Shown here piece by piece: positions 11,502-24,830 of a stretch of 64,000 bases of DNA (position 1 is its first letter; each line of letters starts with the position of its first letter). The position numbers and the translations under genes were made by a program. Location: NCBI RefSeq assembly GCF_009914755.1, contig NC_060929.1; one strand, written 5' to 3'. This stretch comes from the human T2T-CHM13v2.0 reference genome, Homo sapiens. Under the pieces are notes generated by a model that was not told where the DNA came from, made no database searches, and was given only the letters and a program-made list of their open reading frames with translations.

Positions 11502-12866
11502 TCTTTGAAGCTGAGAGCTTCAAACCCATGATTTTGTGCCCTGCTTTGTGATGCTAGGGTTGAGACTCTATAGCCACATATATGATTTGCCCTATTGATT
11601 TCCTTTTAGGTTCTGCCCATAGGGAACTAGAAGGAGATGGAAGGCTAGAAAACAAGGAAGAGGCACTTACCTTTTGATTATCTTCCTGTTTTTGTCCGTG
11701 TTACCCTAACAACACTCCTACCTCCCAAATGTGTCAGGAAATTCTAGTAGGAGCACTTGATTTGAGTTTGTTGTCTTCCCACTTAAAAAATGAACAGGAG
11801 TTTGCCCTCTCAGATTCCAGCATCAGCTAGCCAGCCCTTATCACAGATCTGATCACTAACCACATACATCTCTTCTGCTGAGCTGAGAGACACTAGTACC
11901 TGCAGGCTGACTCTTCCTTAAAGGTCTGAGTTTCAGATCGGTGGTTCCTACCTCCAAGATTTCAAATTTTTAATATTCCACCCTTTTCCCTCTAATTTTT
12001 CAATCCCAGGCATAAAATCTATGTCCTACTACCGTTGTGATAGCCAAGCAGCTCTTTGATGCCTTTTCAGTTTTTTAATATAGTAGTTTCCCCTTTCTGT
12101 GCTTTTGCTTTCCATGGTTTCAGTTACCTATAGCTATAGTCATTCATGTTCCTAAGATATTAAATGGAAAATTCCAGAAACAAATAATTCATAAGTTTTA
12201 AGTTGTGTACCATTCTGAATAACATAATGAAATCTTGTGCTTTGTCCCATCCGGAATGTGAATCATCTGTTTGTTCAGCCTATCATTGCTGTATATCCTA
12301 CTTGTCCATTGGTCACTGATATCATCTGCTCCTGACTTCCAACCATTAACATTACCATGGCTCCTTGATGATCCAGAATCACCTGAAGCAACTGATTCAT
12401 CTTCTGGTGTATTGTCAGAGGTCAATAGTAGCCTAATGTTCTATCACAGTGCCGACATCATTCACCTTAACTTTATCTCATCATTTAGGAATTGTATTAT
12501 CTCACATCATCCAAAAAGGGTGAGTACAGTACAATAAGATATTTAGAGAGACATCATTCATGTAACTTTTATTACAGTATATTGTTATAATTTTTCCATT
12601 TTATTATTGTTATCAATATCTTACTGTGTCTAATTTATAAATTAAACTTTATCACAGGTATTTACATATGGGGAAAACATAGTATATGTAGTGTTTGGTA
12701 CTCTCTGTGGTTTTGGGAATCCACTGGGGATCTTAAAATGTATTCCCCACTTGTAAGGGAGAACTATCATAGCTAGTTAATTGTTCTGTACATTCTGTAT
12801 GTAACATTTTCCCTGTTAATGTAACTCATATTTTTTCTATTTCCTGACTAGACCTTGATGGACACA
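11502..12866 (+). mobile_element. Old ERVL-class LTR (LTR50/LTR33-like) split by MER44; its 5' part may lie at about 9576-9670
   Basis: tgtgatgctagggttgagactc..ggttctgcccatagggaactagaaggaga; 3' end ttcctgactagaccttgatggacaca. Confidence 0.4.
12081..12769 (+). mobile_element. MER44/Tigger7-family DNA transposon (non-autonomous)
   Basis: Degenerate TIRs flanked by TA; diagnostic attaaatggaaaattccagaaa and taatttataaattaaactttatca. Confidence 0.85.
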
Positions 12867-12994
12867 AGGTAATTTTTCTTGCTTGAGCCACTTTTGCTTC
12901 TGATGCTAGAATGGCATCTTGCACTTAATATGTGCTTAGTAAATGCGTCTCAGTTTGATTTAATTTGATGCCATAATATAGCAAGAGGGTAGTC

Positions 12995-13245
12995 TTTAAA
13001 GCATAGTGGTAAAGACCAGGAGCTTTGGAATTTGACAGAGATGGGTTCAAATCCCAGTTCTGCAACTTAGTAGCTGTACTGCTTTAGGCAAGTCATTTAA
13101 TCCTTTTAAGCTTTAATTTCCTTATCTGTAAAATGAGTATAATAAAGCGTTCACCTCATGATGTTGCAGTAAATATCAAAAGGGCCACTCTATGAAAAAC
13201 TCTGAGCACCTGGTAAATGTTCCATAAGTATTAGTTATTATTATT
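12995..13245 (+). mobile_element. MIR SINE
   Basis: B-box gggttcaaatcccagttctgc and core ggcaagtcatttaa..tttccttatctgtaaaatg. Confidence 0.85.
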
Positions 13246-14659
13246 TCCACAAAGGGGATCAAATTCAGAGGAAGAAAGAAAGTGACCTTGCAAATTATAT
13301 AGCACTGAAGAAAGGTGAGAGAAAGCAAGAAATGGGGAAAGGTTAGGAAAACAAGAGAGCTGAGCGTGTGTATGGGGGCTGTTGGGGGATGGATGTTGAT
13401 ACAGGGAGGAAAGTGAATAAATGGTAAAGGTACCTGAACTGATTTTTAATAAAATATGTAATCATGTATTGAACGGTCTATAGTATAGTTCATGTTGTCC
13501 TTTGTCCATTTAGGATAAAACCATGACAAGTCACAATGATGTTTGCTTTATTCAGTTCAAGATAACTGAATTTCTGAATATCAAATATTTGTTCATATTT
13601 AACTGCTTCTGTTGGAAATATTCCTTAAAAAGATTACATATTACCTTCTTTTATTCTTTCCACGGCTCTTTACTTTAGAAGAGAAATATTACTTCCTGCT
13701 TTGATAGCATGTCAAATGTTTCTTCTTATCTCTTCCTAAAAATGCTTCCTTTTTTTCTATTGAATTTAAAGGTCCATGCCCTTAAACATGGATCTTGTAA
13801 CACTTCTGTCACATCCCTAAATGGTATTGTAAAAGCATAAAACTCATTTGCTCAAGCTGAGATTCAATTCTGTGGGAATGACAGAGTGCAATTTGCCTAC
13901 AGGTTCGTGAACCGATAATTGGACTGAGCTCATATCATATGATCTTTTTCCTTGTATATTTTCTAGTGTTTGTATCTTATGCTAAATGCTATGTATAAAT
14001 CAGTCAACACCCATAAAAAGCATGCTGGTGAGATTGAAAACAGAACTTCAGGTCTTCAGAGGAGGTCTCCTGTGGACCAAATTACCCATAATATGTTGTC
14101 TTTGACAAATAAATCAGTAGGGATGACATTAACTTCAGCTCACCTGTAATCACTGTTCTGTTTCGAGAAAAAAGTCACTGTATTTGCCACAACATTCATA
14201 TGTACACCATTTATACTGGTCACCATGAATGTTGTACAGATTTACTTGACCCTATACTGAGTGGTTCCAGGAGACTATGATTTATAAAGACAAGGTAGAA
14301 TTGTGAGAAAAGACATAAAAATCTAAAATAAAATTCAACTCATATTTATTTGTGCAGCATATATGGATCAATGTATGTATGTACATACACATATACATAT
14401 TACATATAGAAATATACATGTGTATATCACACACACACATAGATGTTTCTTTAACTTTCTCCAGTTTTTGTTTTTAAGGACTTCATGGTCTCCTTTCTCC
14501 CTATCTTCCCATTAACCATATCTCTCTGTATCCTACTGGAAAAAAAATGGACACAATTACCCTGATGGCTATGGGTTCTAAGAAATTAAAATCAAAGATG
14601 GGTCTTCCTTTTGGTTACATTCCTAGTGCCTGTATAAGTAAGGGAAGCATCAAAATGAA

Positions 14660-14678
14660 GTGTGTGTGTGTCTCAGAG

Positions 14679-14729
<51 letters not shown>

Positions 14730-14772
14730 TGTGTGTGTGAGAGAGAGAGAGAAATAGAGAGAGAGAGAGAGA
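14660..14772. repeat. Compound (TG)n(GA)n microsatellite
   Basis: Directly visible. Confidence 0.95.
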
Positions 14773-15488
14773 CTGCTAGCTAACAGTCAAGGCAGAAGAC
14801 TGTTAGAGGGACCAGGGCAACACGAGATGGGTATCAAGATACACAGAGCCACTAAAAATAAAAGAATAACTAAATTAGTTGGAACAAAAGGCATCTTAGT
14901 TAAATACAAGTGACAGTGTCAGTGATGTTGTGTGGTCATTTATGAGTATAGAGGGTAAATTTGTGTTAAAGGACATTAACAATTTAAAGGGCTGGGGACA
15001 GAGTAGGCAGGAATTGACATCTGCTTGTCTTAAGAAGAACCCCAAATTCCTTTTCCTTAAAGTTTTCTACTATACCCTGTTAGGCCTTAAAAATCCAGGC
15101 AAAAACATTGTTAGACTGTTGTTCACATTATAGTTAAACAGTTGTGAATCCACAAGTGGTTCGATGTGTATAATAGATTCTTGAAGATTACTATTTTATG
15201 TTCTTTCAGGAGAGTAAAGATTTTTGTGTACGTAACTGTCACATATGGAAATAATGAGTTACTGGATTTTAGTATTAAGGATGTTTATTGAGAAAGCCTG
15301 AGTTAAGAGTGTGGAGAATTAAGTTTTTTCAACACGAGTATAGTATAATTTCATAATTAATTAGAAATTGTAAATTTAAGAATCCATAAAATACTGGTAA
15401 TAAGGCGTCTTATTAGAAAGAATATTTATAACCACATGAAGAAAAACTGATTTAAAATAGTAGTTTCACCTTCTAAAAATTTTATCTG

Positions 15489-15781
15489 GGCCAGGCACGG
15501 TGGCTTGCACTTGTAATCCCAGCACTTTGGGAGGCCGAGGGGGGTGGATCAGGAGATCAGGAGTTCAAGACCAGCCTGGCCAAGATGGTGAAACTCCGTC
15601 TCTACTAAAAATACAAAAATTAGCCAGGCGTGGTGGCTGGTGCCTGTAATCCCAGCTACTCGGGAGGCTGAGGCAGAGAATTGCTTGAACCCGGTAGGCG
15701 GAGGTTGCAGTGAGCCAAGATCACGCCACTGCACTCTAGCCTGAGTGACAGAGTGAGACTCCATCTCAAAAAAAAAAAAAA
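15489..15781 (+). mobile_element. AluS (AluSg-like)
   Basis: Full dimer, poly(A), 2-bp left-arm deletion, flanking TTATCTG duplication. Confidence 0.95.
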
Positions 15782-16069
15782 GTTATCTGTAAATTACAGT
15801 AACCAAGCAGCTAAATATTCCACTATAATTAAATAAAGTATTATAAATTCACTGTAAAGGCTCTGCACTCAGCAACGGGTTAAAGAATCAATATGTCAAA
15901 TAAAAAAATCAAAAGATAAAATGGAAGGCAATAAAAAAATTTACTGCACTTACATAAAAATTATTAGAAGTGTATTTCCCAATTAAGAACTCTTTTAGTC
16001 TTTGTTCTGAATATGAACTTCTCATTCCCACTGGTTCTGCCAAAATCTCTTCTCAATAAATTATGTTTT

Positions 16070-16515
16070 ATTTATTAATTAATTTAAAAGACATCACTGA
16101 GATGCCTATAATATGCCAGAATCATCCTAGCCATAGACAGTAGAGTGATAAACAAGACAGAAATGGTCTTTTTCCTCCTGGAACTTTCAGTGGAGTAGAC
16201 ATAAAATGACTGAGAAATCCAATGAATACATCATATGTTTTCAAAATAAGTTCTCAAGAAAAATGAAGTGAAAAAGAAAATGGAGAGAAAGCATATAGGA
16301 GTATATTAGATGTGGTGTTAAGGCTTCCTTGAATAGGTGGCCTTTGATTACTATTGAATGCAAAAAGTGAATCACGTAAGGATCTAGGCTTCCCAGATAG
16401 AGGTAACACCCAGTTACAGAACTTAAAACAAAAATGTGCTGTCATGTTCAATGAAGAGCAAGAAAACCTTAGACAAAGATGAAGTGAGGAAAATAGTAGA
16501 AGGTAAAGTTGGATA
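16070..16515 (-). mobile_element. L2 3' fragment
   Basis: actgagatgcctataatatgccag..gataaacaagacag antisense L2 end. Confidence 0.7.
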
Positions 16516-16517
16516 GA

Positions 16518-16961
16518 TGTTTTAGTTACCTATTATTATCTATTATGTACAATTAATATCTTGAAACAGCAACCACGTTTGGTCACAATTCTGCAATATG
16601 TGCTGGGCTCAGCTAAATGATTTTCTGTTGATTGTGTGTAGACTGCAATCATCTGGTGGCTTGATTGGAGCCAATGACCTAAGATGGTCTTACTCACATA
16701 TCTGATGGCTGGTCCCTGGCTCTTGGCTGCTCATGTATGCCCAGTCAGAGTTGCTTTACATAGTAGTGTCAGTATTCTAAGAGAGTAAGCCCTAATTCCC
16801 AAGCACATAACATGCTTCTGCTTGCATCACATTTGCTGATGTCCTAAACAGCAAAGAAATCTTATAGTCAGGTACAGGGTCAATGTGGGAGGAGATGTCA
16901 TGAGGGTTATAATACTGCAAGGCATGATTCATTGGGAGTTACAAGTATGAAATATACCACA
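16518..16961 (-). mobile_element. MLT1-type LTR
   Basis: ggtcacaattctgc..gctgggctcagct; gcttctgcttgcatcacatttgctgatgtcc; ends ataccaca. Confidence 0.65.
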
Positions 16962-17099
16962 GAAAGCGGGAAGGAGCCAGGTGATTTTATTTTTCCTTAT
17001 ATTGTTATTCTTTTTATCTTTTTTCTCTTCATTTTTTTATGCTCTGGACCGAGCATAAATCTTTATAGTTTTTCCAAGAGTTTGGTTATTTGTTTACAA

Positions 17100-20000
17100 T
17101 TTTTTCCTTTTTTATTTTTTAAACTATTGTGGGTACACTGTAGGTATTTATTTATGGAGTACATGTGATATTTTGATATAGTCATGTAATATGAAATACA
17201 CACATCATGGGGAATGGGGTAGCTATCCCCTCAAGCATCTATCCTTTGAGTTATAAACAATCCAATCACACTCTTTAAGTTATTTTAAGATGTACAGTTG
17301 AGTTATTATTGACTATAGTCATCCTATTGTACTACGAAACAGTAGGTCTTATTCATTCTTTCTAACCACTTTTTGTACCGGTTAGCCATTCCCACCTACT
17401 TCACCAGCCCCTTGCTACCCTTCCCAGCCTCTGATAACCATCCTTCTACTCTCTGTGTCCACGAGTTCAAGTGTTTTGATTTTAAGATCCAACAAATAAG
17501 TGAGAACATGCAGTGCTTGTTTTTCTGTGCCTGGCTTGTTTCACTTAACATAATGATCTCCAGTTCCATCCATGCTGTTGCAAATGGCTAGATCTCATTT
17601 CTTTTTATGGCTGATTAGTACTCCATTGTGTATATGTACCATATTTTCTCTATCTATTCATCTGTTGATGGACACTTATGTTGCTTCTAAATCTTAGCTA
17701 TTGTAAATAGTGCTGCAACAAACATGGGAGTGCAAATATCTCTTTGAAATACTGATTCCTTTTCTTTGGGGCATAGGCACACCAGTGGGATTGCTGGATC
17801 AGATGGTAGCTCCATTTTTAATTTGTTGAGGAACCTTCAAGCTGTTCTCTATGGTGGTTGTACTAATTTACATTCCCACCAACAGTGTATGAGAATTTGC
17901 TTTTCTCCATAGCCTTGCCAGTATTTGTTATTGCCTGTCTTTTAAATATAAGCCATTTTAACTGGGGTGAGATGATATTTCATTGCAGTTTAACTTGCAT
18001 TTCTCTGATGATCAATTATGTTGACCCCTTTTTCATATGCCTGTTCATTAATTGTACACCTTCTTCTGAGAAATGTCTATTCAGATTTTTTGCCCATTTT
18101 TAATAGGATTTAGAGATTTTTCCTAGTTTTTCAGCTTCTTACATATGCTGGTTATTAATCCCTCATCATATGGATAGTTTGCAAATATTCTCTCCCATTC
18201 TGTGGGTTCTCTTCACTTTGTTGATTGTTTCCTTTGCTGTGCAGACACTTTTTAAATTGATGTGATCTTATTTTTCCATTTTTGCATTGGTTGCCTATGC
18301 TTGTTGGGTATTACTCAAGAAATCCTTGCACACTCTGATGTCCTGGAGAGTTTCCACAATGTTTTCTTCTAGTATTTTTATAGTTTGAGGTCTTAGATTT
18401 AAGTCTTTAGCCTATTTTGCTTTGATTATTGTGTATGATGAGAGATAGGAGTCTAGATGCATTCTTCTACATATGGATATCCAGTTTTCCCAGTACCATT
18501 TATTGAGGAGGTTGTTCTTGCTCAAATATATGTTCTGGGCATCTTTGTGGAAAATGGATTTACTGTAGATGTATGCAATTTTTTCTGGGTTCTCTATTCT
18601 CTTCCATTAATCTATATGTCTGTTTTTATGGTAGTACCATGCTGTTTTGGTTACTATAGCTCTATAGTATAATTTGAAGTTAGGTAACGTGATTCCTGCA
18701 GTTTTGTTCTTTTTTGCTGAGAAGAGATGTAGCTATTCTGGGTCTGTAGTGGTTTAATATAAATTTTAGGTTTTTTTTCTAATTCTGTGAAAAATTTCAT
18801 TGGTATTTGATTAGGATTACATTGAATCTGTAGATTGCTTTGGGTAGTGCAGACATTTTAACAATTGATTCTTCCAATCCATAAACAGAGGTTTTTTTTT
18901 TATTTTTTTAGTGTCCTCTTCAATTTCTTTTATCAGTGTTTTATAATTTTCATTATAGAGATCTTTCACTTCCTCGATTAAGATAATTCTTACTTTTTTA
19001 ATTTTATGTGTAAGATCTTGAACTATTAGAAATGGGATTATTTGGTTTATAATAGCCATTATAATGGCTATTATAAATGGGATTACTTTTTTATTGTTTT
19101 TTTCCAATTGTTCACTGTTGGCATATATATTTTTGTATGTTCAGTTTGTATCCTGCAACTTTAATAAATTTGTTTATCAGTTCTAATAGTTTTTCTCTGG
19201 ACTCTTTAAATTTTTCAAAATATAATATCATATCATTTGCCAACAAGAATAATTTCACTTCTTCCTTTCCAATTTGGATGCTCTTTGTATCTTTGTCTTG
19301 TCTGATTGCTCTAGCTTGAACTCCCAGTACTATGTTTAATAATAGTGGTGAAATTGGGTACCCTTGTCATGTTGAAGATCTTAGAGAAAAGGCTTTCAGT
19401 TTATCCTCCTTCAGTATAATATTAGCTGTGGGTTTGTCATATATGGCGGTTATTACATTGAGGTATGTTGCTTCTATCTCCAATTTTTTAAGGGTTTTTA
19501 ACATAAAGGGATGTTGAATTTTATCAAATGTTTTTTCAGCATCACTTGAAATGGTTTTATCATTTTACCATATAATTTTTATCGTTCATTCTACTCACAT
19601 AATGTACACATTGATTGATTTGTTTATATTGAACCATCCTTGCATCCCCAGGATGAACTCCACTTAGTCATGATGTGTGACATTTGTAATGTGCTGTTGA
19701 AAATTGTTTGCTATTATTTTGTTGAGGCTTTTTGCATCAATGTTCATCAGAGATACTGGAGTATAGTTTCCTTTTTGCAATGTGTCTTTTTCTGTTTTGG
19801 TTTCACGATAATACTGGCCTTATAGAATGAGTTTAGAAGTATTCCCTCCTCCTCTATATTTTTGAATAGTTTGAGTAGGATTGGTATTAATTCTTCTTTA
19901 AATGTTTGGTAGAATTCAGCAGTGAAGCCATCAGGTCTCAAGCTTTTATTTTCTGGGAAACTTTTTATTGCAGCCTTTACCTTGTTACTTGCTGTTTGTC

Positions 20001-23000
20001 TGTTCAGGATTTGAATTTCTTCCTTGTTCAATTTTGGTAGACTGTATGTATCTAGGAATTTGTTAATTTCTTCTAGACTTTCCAATTTATTGGCATATAG
20101 TTGCACATAGTAGCCACTAATGATCCTTTGAATTTCTGCATTACCAGTTTTAATGTCTCATTTTTCATTTCTGATTTTATTTATTTGGATACTCTTTTTT
20201 TCCTTAGTCTGGCTAAAGGTTGTCAATTTTGTTTAACTTTAAAAAAAAAAAAAAACTTTTTGTTTCATTGATCTTTTGTATTTTTTTCACTTCATTGATT
20301 TCTACTCTGATCTTTATTATTTATTTTCCTCTATTTATTTTGGGTTTGGTTTGCTCTTGCTTTTCTAGTTCTGTAAAGTGCATTGTTAGATTGCTTATTT
20401 AAAAATTTTCCTCTTTTTTGATGTTGGCAGTTATAGCTATAAACTTCCCTATTAGCACTGCTTTTGCTGTATCTCTTTGGTTTTGGTATGTTGTCTTTAC
20501 ATTATCATTTGTTTCAAAAATTTTTCAATTTCCTTTTTAATTTTTTTATTGACCCACAGGTCATTAAGGAATATATTGTTTAATTTCTGTGTATTTGTAT
20601 ACTTTCCAAAATTCTTCTCATTAATTTCTGGTTTTATTCAATTGTGATCAGAGAAAATGCTTGATATTATTTCAATTTTTTTGAATGTTTTAAGATTTGT
20701 TTTGTGACCTAACATATAGTCTATCCTTGAGAATGATCCACGCTGAGGAAAAAATGTGTGTTCTGCAACCTTTGGATGAAATGTTCTGTAAATATCTACT
20801 AAATCCTTTTGGTCTATAGTGGAGATTAAGTCTAATGTTTCTATGTTGATTTTCTGTCTGGAAGTCATCCAGTGCTGAAAATTGGATGTTGAAGCTACCA
20901 GCTGTTAGTGTATCAGGGCCTATGTCCCTCTTTAGCTCTAACAGTCTTTTCTTTATACATCTGGATGCTCCAGTGTTGGGTGCCTATATATTTACAATTG
21001 TTACATTCTCTTTCTGAACTGACCCTTTTATCATTGTATAGTGACCTTCTTTGTCTCTTCTGAGTTTTTCTTTTGAAATCTTTTTTTTCTAATATAATGA
21101 TAGTGACTCCTGTTCTTTTTTGTTTCCATTGGCACAAAATATCTTTTTCCATCCCTTTATTTTCAATCTCTGTGTGTCTTTGTAGATGACGTGTGTTTCT
21201 TGTAGGCAACAGTTCAATGCGTTTTGTTTTTTCATCCATTCGGCCAGTCTATGTCTGTTAATTGGCAAGGTTAGTTCATTTACATTCAATGTTATTGTTT
21301 ATAAGTAGAAACTTACTCCTGCCATTTTGTTGTTTGTTTTCTGGTTTTTTTTTATGTTATTTTCTTCCTTTTTCCTTTCCTTCTTGTCTTCCTCTAGTGA
21401 AGGTGATTTTCTCTGAAGATATGATTTAATTTTTTGCTTTTTATTTTTTGTGTACCCATTGTATGTTTTTTTGGTTTGAGGTTATCATGAGGCTTGCAAG
21501 TACTATTTTATAACGCATTCTTTTCACCTGATAACAACTTAATAGTATTTGCATAAACAAACAATCAAGAAAACTCATAAAAACTCTATGCCTTAACTTC
21601 AACCCCCTGCTTTTTAACTTTTTGTTTTTGCTATTTATATCTTATTTTACTATGTCTTGAAAAGTTGTAGTTATTATTTTGATTGGTTTATTATTTAGTC
21701 TTTCTACATAAGATCAGTGTAGTTTACACACCATAGTTACAAGGTTATGATATTCTGTGTTTTTCTGTGTACTTCCTATTACCAGTGAGTTTTGTACCAT
21801 CAGGTGATTCTTTATTATTCATTAATGTCTTCTTTCCAATTTAAGTACTCCCTTTAGCATTTCTTGTAGGACAAGTCTGATGTTGATGAAATTCCTCAGC
21901 TTCTGTTTGTATGGAAAAGTCTTTATTTCTTCTTTATGTTTGGAGGATATTTTCACTGGATATACTGCTCTAGGGTAAAGGTTTTTTTCCTTCAGGATTT
22001 TAAACATGTCATGACACTCTCTCCTGTCCTGTAAGGTTTCTATTGAAAAGTCTGCTGGCAGACATATTGAAGCTCCATTTTATGTTATTTGTTTATTTTC
22101 TGTTACTGTTTTTAGGATCTTTTTTTTAATCTTTGACTTTTGGGAATTTGATTATTAAATACCTCAAGGTAGTCTTCTTTGGATTAAATCTGCTTGATGT
22201 TCTATAATCTTGTAGTTAGATATTAATATCTTTCTCTAGGTTTTGAAAGTTTTTTGTTATTATCCCTTTGAATAACCTTTCTACCCCATCTCTTTCTCTA
22301 CCTCCTCTTGAAGGTGAATAACTCTTAAATTTGCCCTTTTGAGATGAATTTCTAGATGCTGTAGGCAAGCTTCATTGTTTTTTATTCTTTTTTCTTTTGT
22401 CTTCTCTGTGTATTTTCTATATCAGCCTGTCTTCAAACTCACTAATTCTTTCTTCTACTACAGCGATTCTATTAAAGGACTCTGATGCATTCTTCTGTAT
22501 GCCTATTGCACTTTTCAGCTCCAGAATTTCTGCTTGATTCTTTTTAATTATTTCAGTCATTTTGTTAAATGTATATGATAGAATTCTAAATTCCTTCTCT
22601 GTGTTATCTTGAGTTTCTTTGAATTTTCTTAATACAGCTATTTTGAATTCTCTCTCTGAAAAGTCATATATCTCTGTTTCTCCAAGATTGGTCCCTGGTG
22701 CCTTCTTTAGTTCATTTGGTGAGGTTATGTTTTCCTGGATGGCGTTGATGCTAGCAGATGTTCTTCATTATCTGGGCATTGAGGAGTTAGGTGTTTATTG
22801 TAGTCTTCACTGTCTGGGCTTATATTTAGCTGTTTTTTGGGGGGAGGCTTTTTATATATTCGAAAGGACTTAAGTGTCATGATCTAAGCTGTATCTGTTT
22901 CAGGAGCACCCCAAGCCCAGCAACACTGTGGTTCTTGCAGAGGTACTGCCTTGATAGTCTTGGACAAGATCCAGAAGAATTATCTGGATTACCAGGCAGA

Positions 23001-23040
23001 GATTCTTTTAATCTTCCCTTACTTTCCCCCAAACATATAG

Positions 23041-23095
<55 letters not shown>

Positions 23096-24830
23096 CTCTC
23101 TCCTCTCTCCTCTCTCTCCTCTCTCTCCTCTCTCTCCTCTCTCTCTTCAGAGGCATCTAAAGCTGGGGGTGGAGTGACACAAGCACCCCTGTGGCCATAA
23201 TCACTATGACTGAGCTAGATCAGACCTGAAACCAGTACAGAACAGGATCTCACCCAAGACCAGTTCCTGGCTGCTGCCTATGTTCCTGGATACTGCCTAT
23301 GTTCACTCAAGGCCCTGGGGCTTTACATTCAGCAGGTGGCAAAGCCAGCCAGGCCTGTGCCCTTCCCTTCAGGGCAGTGAGGTTCCTCAGGCCATGGGTG
23401 CGTCCTGAAGCACCGTCTGGGAGTTAGGGAGTCATCAAAAACCTTAGAGGTTTACCTGGTGTTCTATTGTCATGTGGCTGAGCTAGCACTCCAACCACAA
23501 GATGCAGTGTTTTTCCACTCTTCCCTCCCCTTTCTAATGGCAGAGGAGCCTCACCCCATAGCCGCTGCCACCCTAGGCCCAAGGAGTACTGCCAGACTAC
23601 TGCTACTTGTTCCCGTGAGACCCAAAGTCTCCTAAGTCAGCTTTTCATGAACACTGCCTGGCCCAGAACTTACATTTCAGGGCAATGGACTCCCCTCTGG
23701 CCCAGGGCAGGTCCAGAAATGCCATTCAAGAGTCAAGTCCTGGAATCAGGGACCCCAAGATTCCCCTTGGTACTCTAGCCCCCCTGAGGTTGTGCTGGTA
23801 CCTAAGTTGCAAGACAATGTCTCCTTTACTCTTCCCTCTGCTTTTCTTAAGCAGAAGTTTTCCTCTGTAACCACCACAGCTGGTAATGTGCTGAGTCTCA
23901 CCTGAAGCCAGAAAGTCTCAGAGGCTCACTCAAGGCCCTTGATGTAGTACCTGGTTATTGCTGCTGGTTATTCAGGGCCCAAAGGTTCTTCAGTTATCAG
24001 GCAATGCATGCAACCAGGAATGGGTCCTTTCTTTCAAGGCAGCAGGTTCTCTTCTGGCCCAATGTGTATCTAGAAATGTTGTCTGGGATCCAGTGCCTGG
24101 AACAAGGACCTGATGACTTTGACTGGTGCCCTATTCTGCTGTGGCTGAGCTGGTATCCTAGATGCAAGACAAAATCCTCCTCACTCTTCTCTCTCCTCTC
24201 CTCAAGGGGAAGATTTGGAGCCACAAGCTGTGCAGCCTGGGGTTAGGTGAGGAGTGATACCAGTACTCCCTTGGCTGGCCCAGTTGGTTTCTCAGTATGT
24301 TGCATGCCACCTCAGTCAGTGGACTGAGTGGGCCTAGTTTAGCCCTAGGACTCACCTAAGTGTTACAGTCCTTATGGCCTAGACTGCCTTTCAAGTTTAC
24401 TTGGAGATTCAGAGTACTGTAGACCTCAGTAGCAAGATTTGCAGGCACTCACGTTTGGACCACTGGGATGGGTGATTCCCCTTTGGCTAGGGCTGGTTTA
24501 ATAGCTCCCTCCATGGGTGGGCATCAGCTGAGTTTGGTCTGGGTTTCCTTTCTGCTCTAACTAGACAGCACAGAGTTCAGTGCCACACAATTGCTGTGTT
24601 CTCTCTCCCCCAGGGCCCAGAGACACTCTGCACCATGCTGCCACTGCTGGGTGTTGGAAAGGGGTGGCATCAGTGATTCAGGACTGTTTTTATGAGTGCT
24701 CAACTGATTTTTTGATACTTACGAAGTTGTTTTTTTTTTCTATGTAGATAGCTGTTAACTTGCTGTCCTTGTGATGGTGTGGGGGTGATTGGTGGATTCT
24801 ATTCTGCCATCTTTCTTTTCCCTCTCTCTC
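17100..24830 (-). mobile_element. Near-full-length L1MA (L1MA2-like), decayed
   Basis: L1MA-type 3' UTR at 17100-17500; ORF2 remnants ([26 protein letters not shown]); ORF2 start near 21324; ORF1 remnant (LYPRAVYPVKIS); long 5' UTR ending attctgccatctt. Confidence 0.92.
23044..23146. repeat. (CT)n / (CTCTCTCCT)n polypyrimidine repeat inside the L1 5' UTR
   Basis: Directly visible. Confidence 0.95.

Noticed and set aside
14547-14783. ORF with CVCVCV/ERERE repeats
   Set aside because: Translation of the (TG)n(GA)n microsatellite
15549-15764. Alu-derived ORFs (also 26703, 30816, 38901, 61118, 61801)
   Set aside because: Standard Alu translation artefacts
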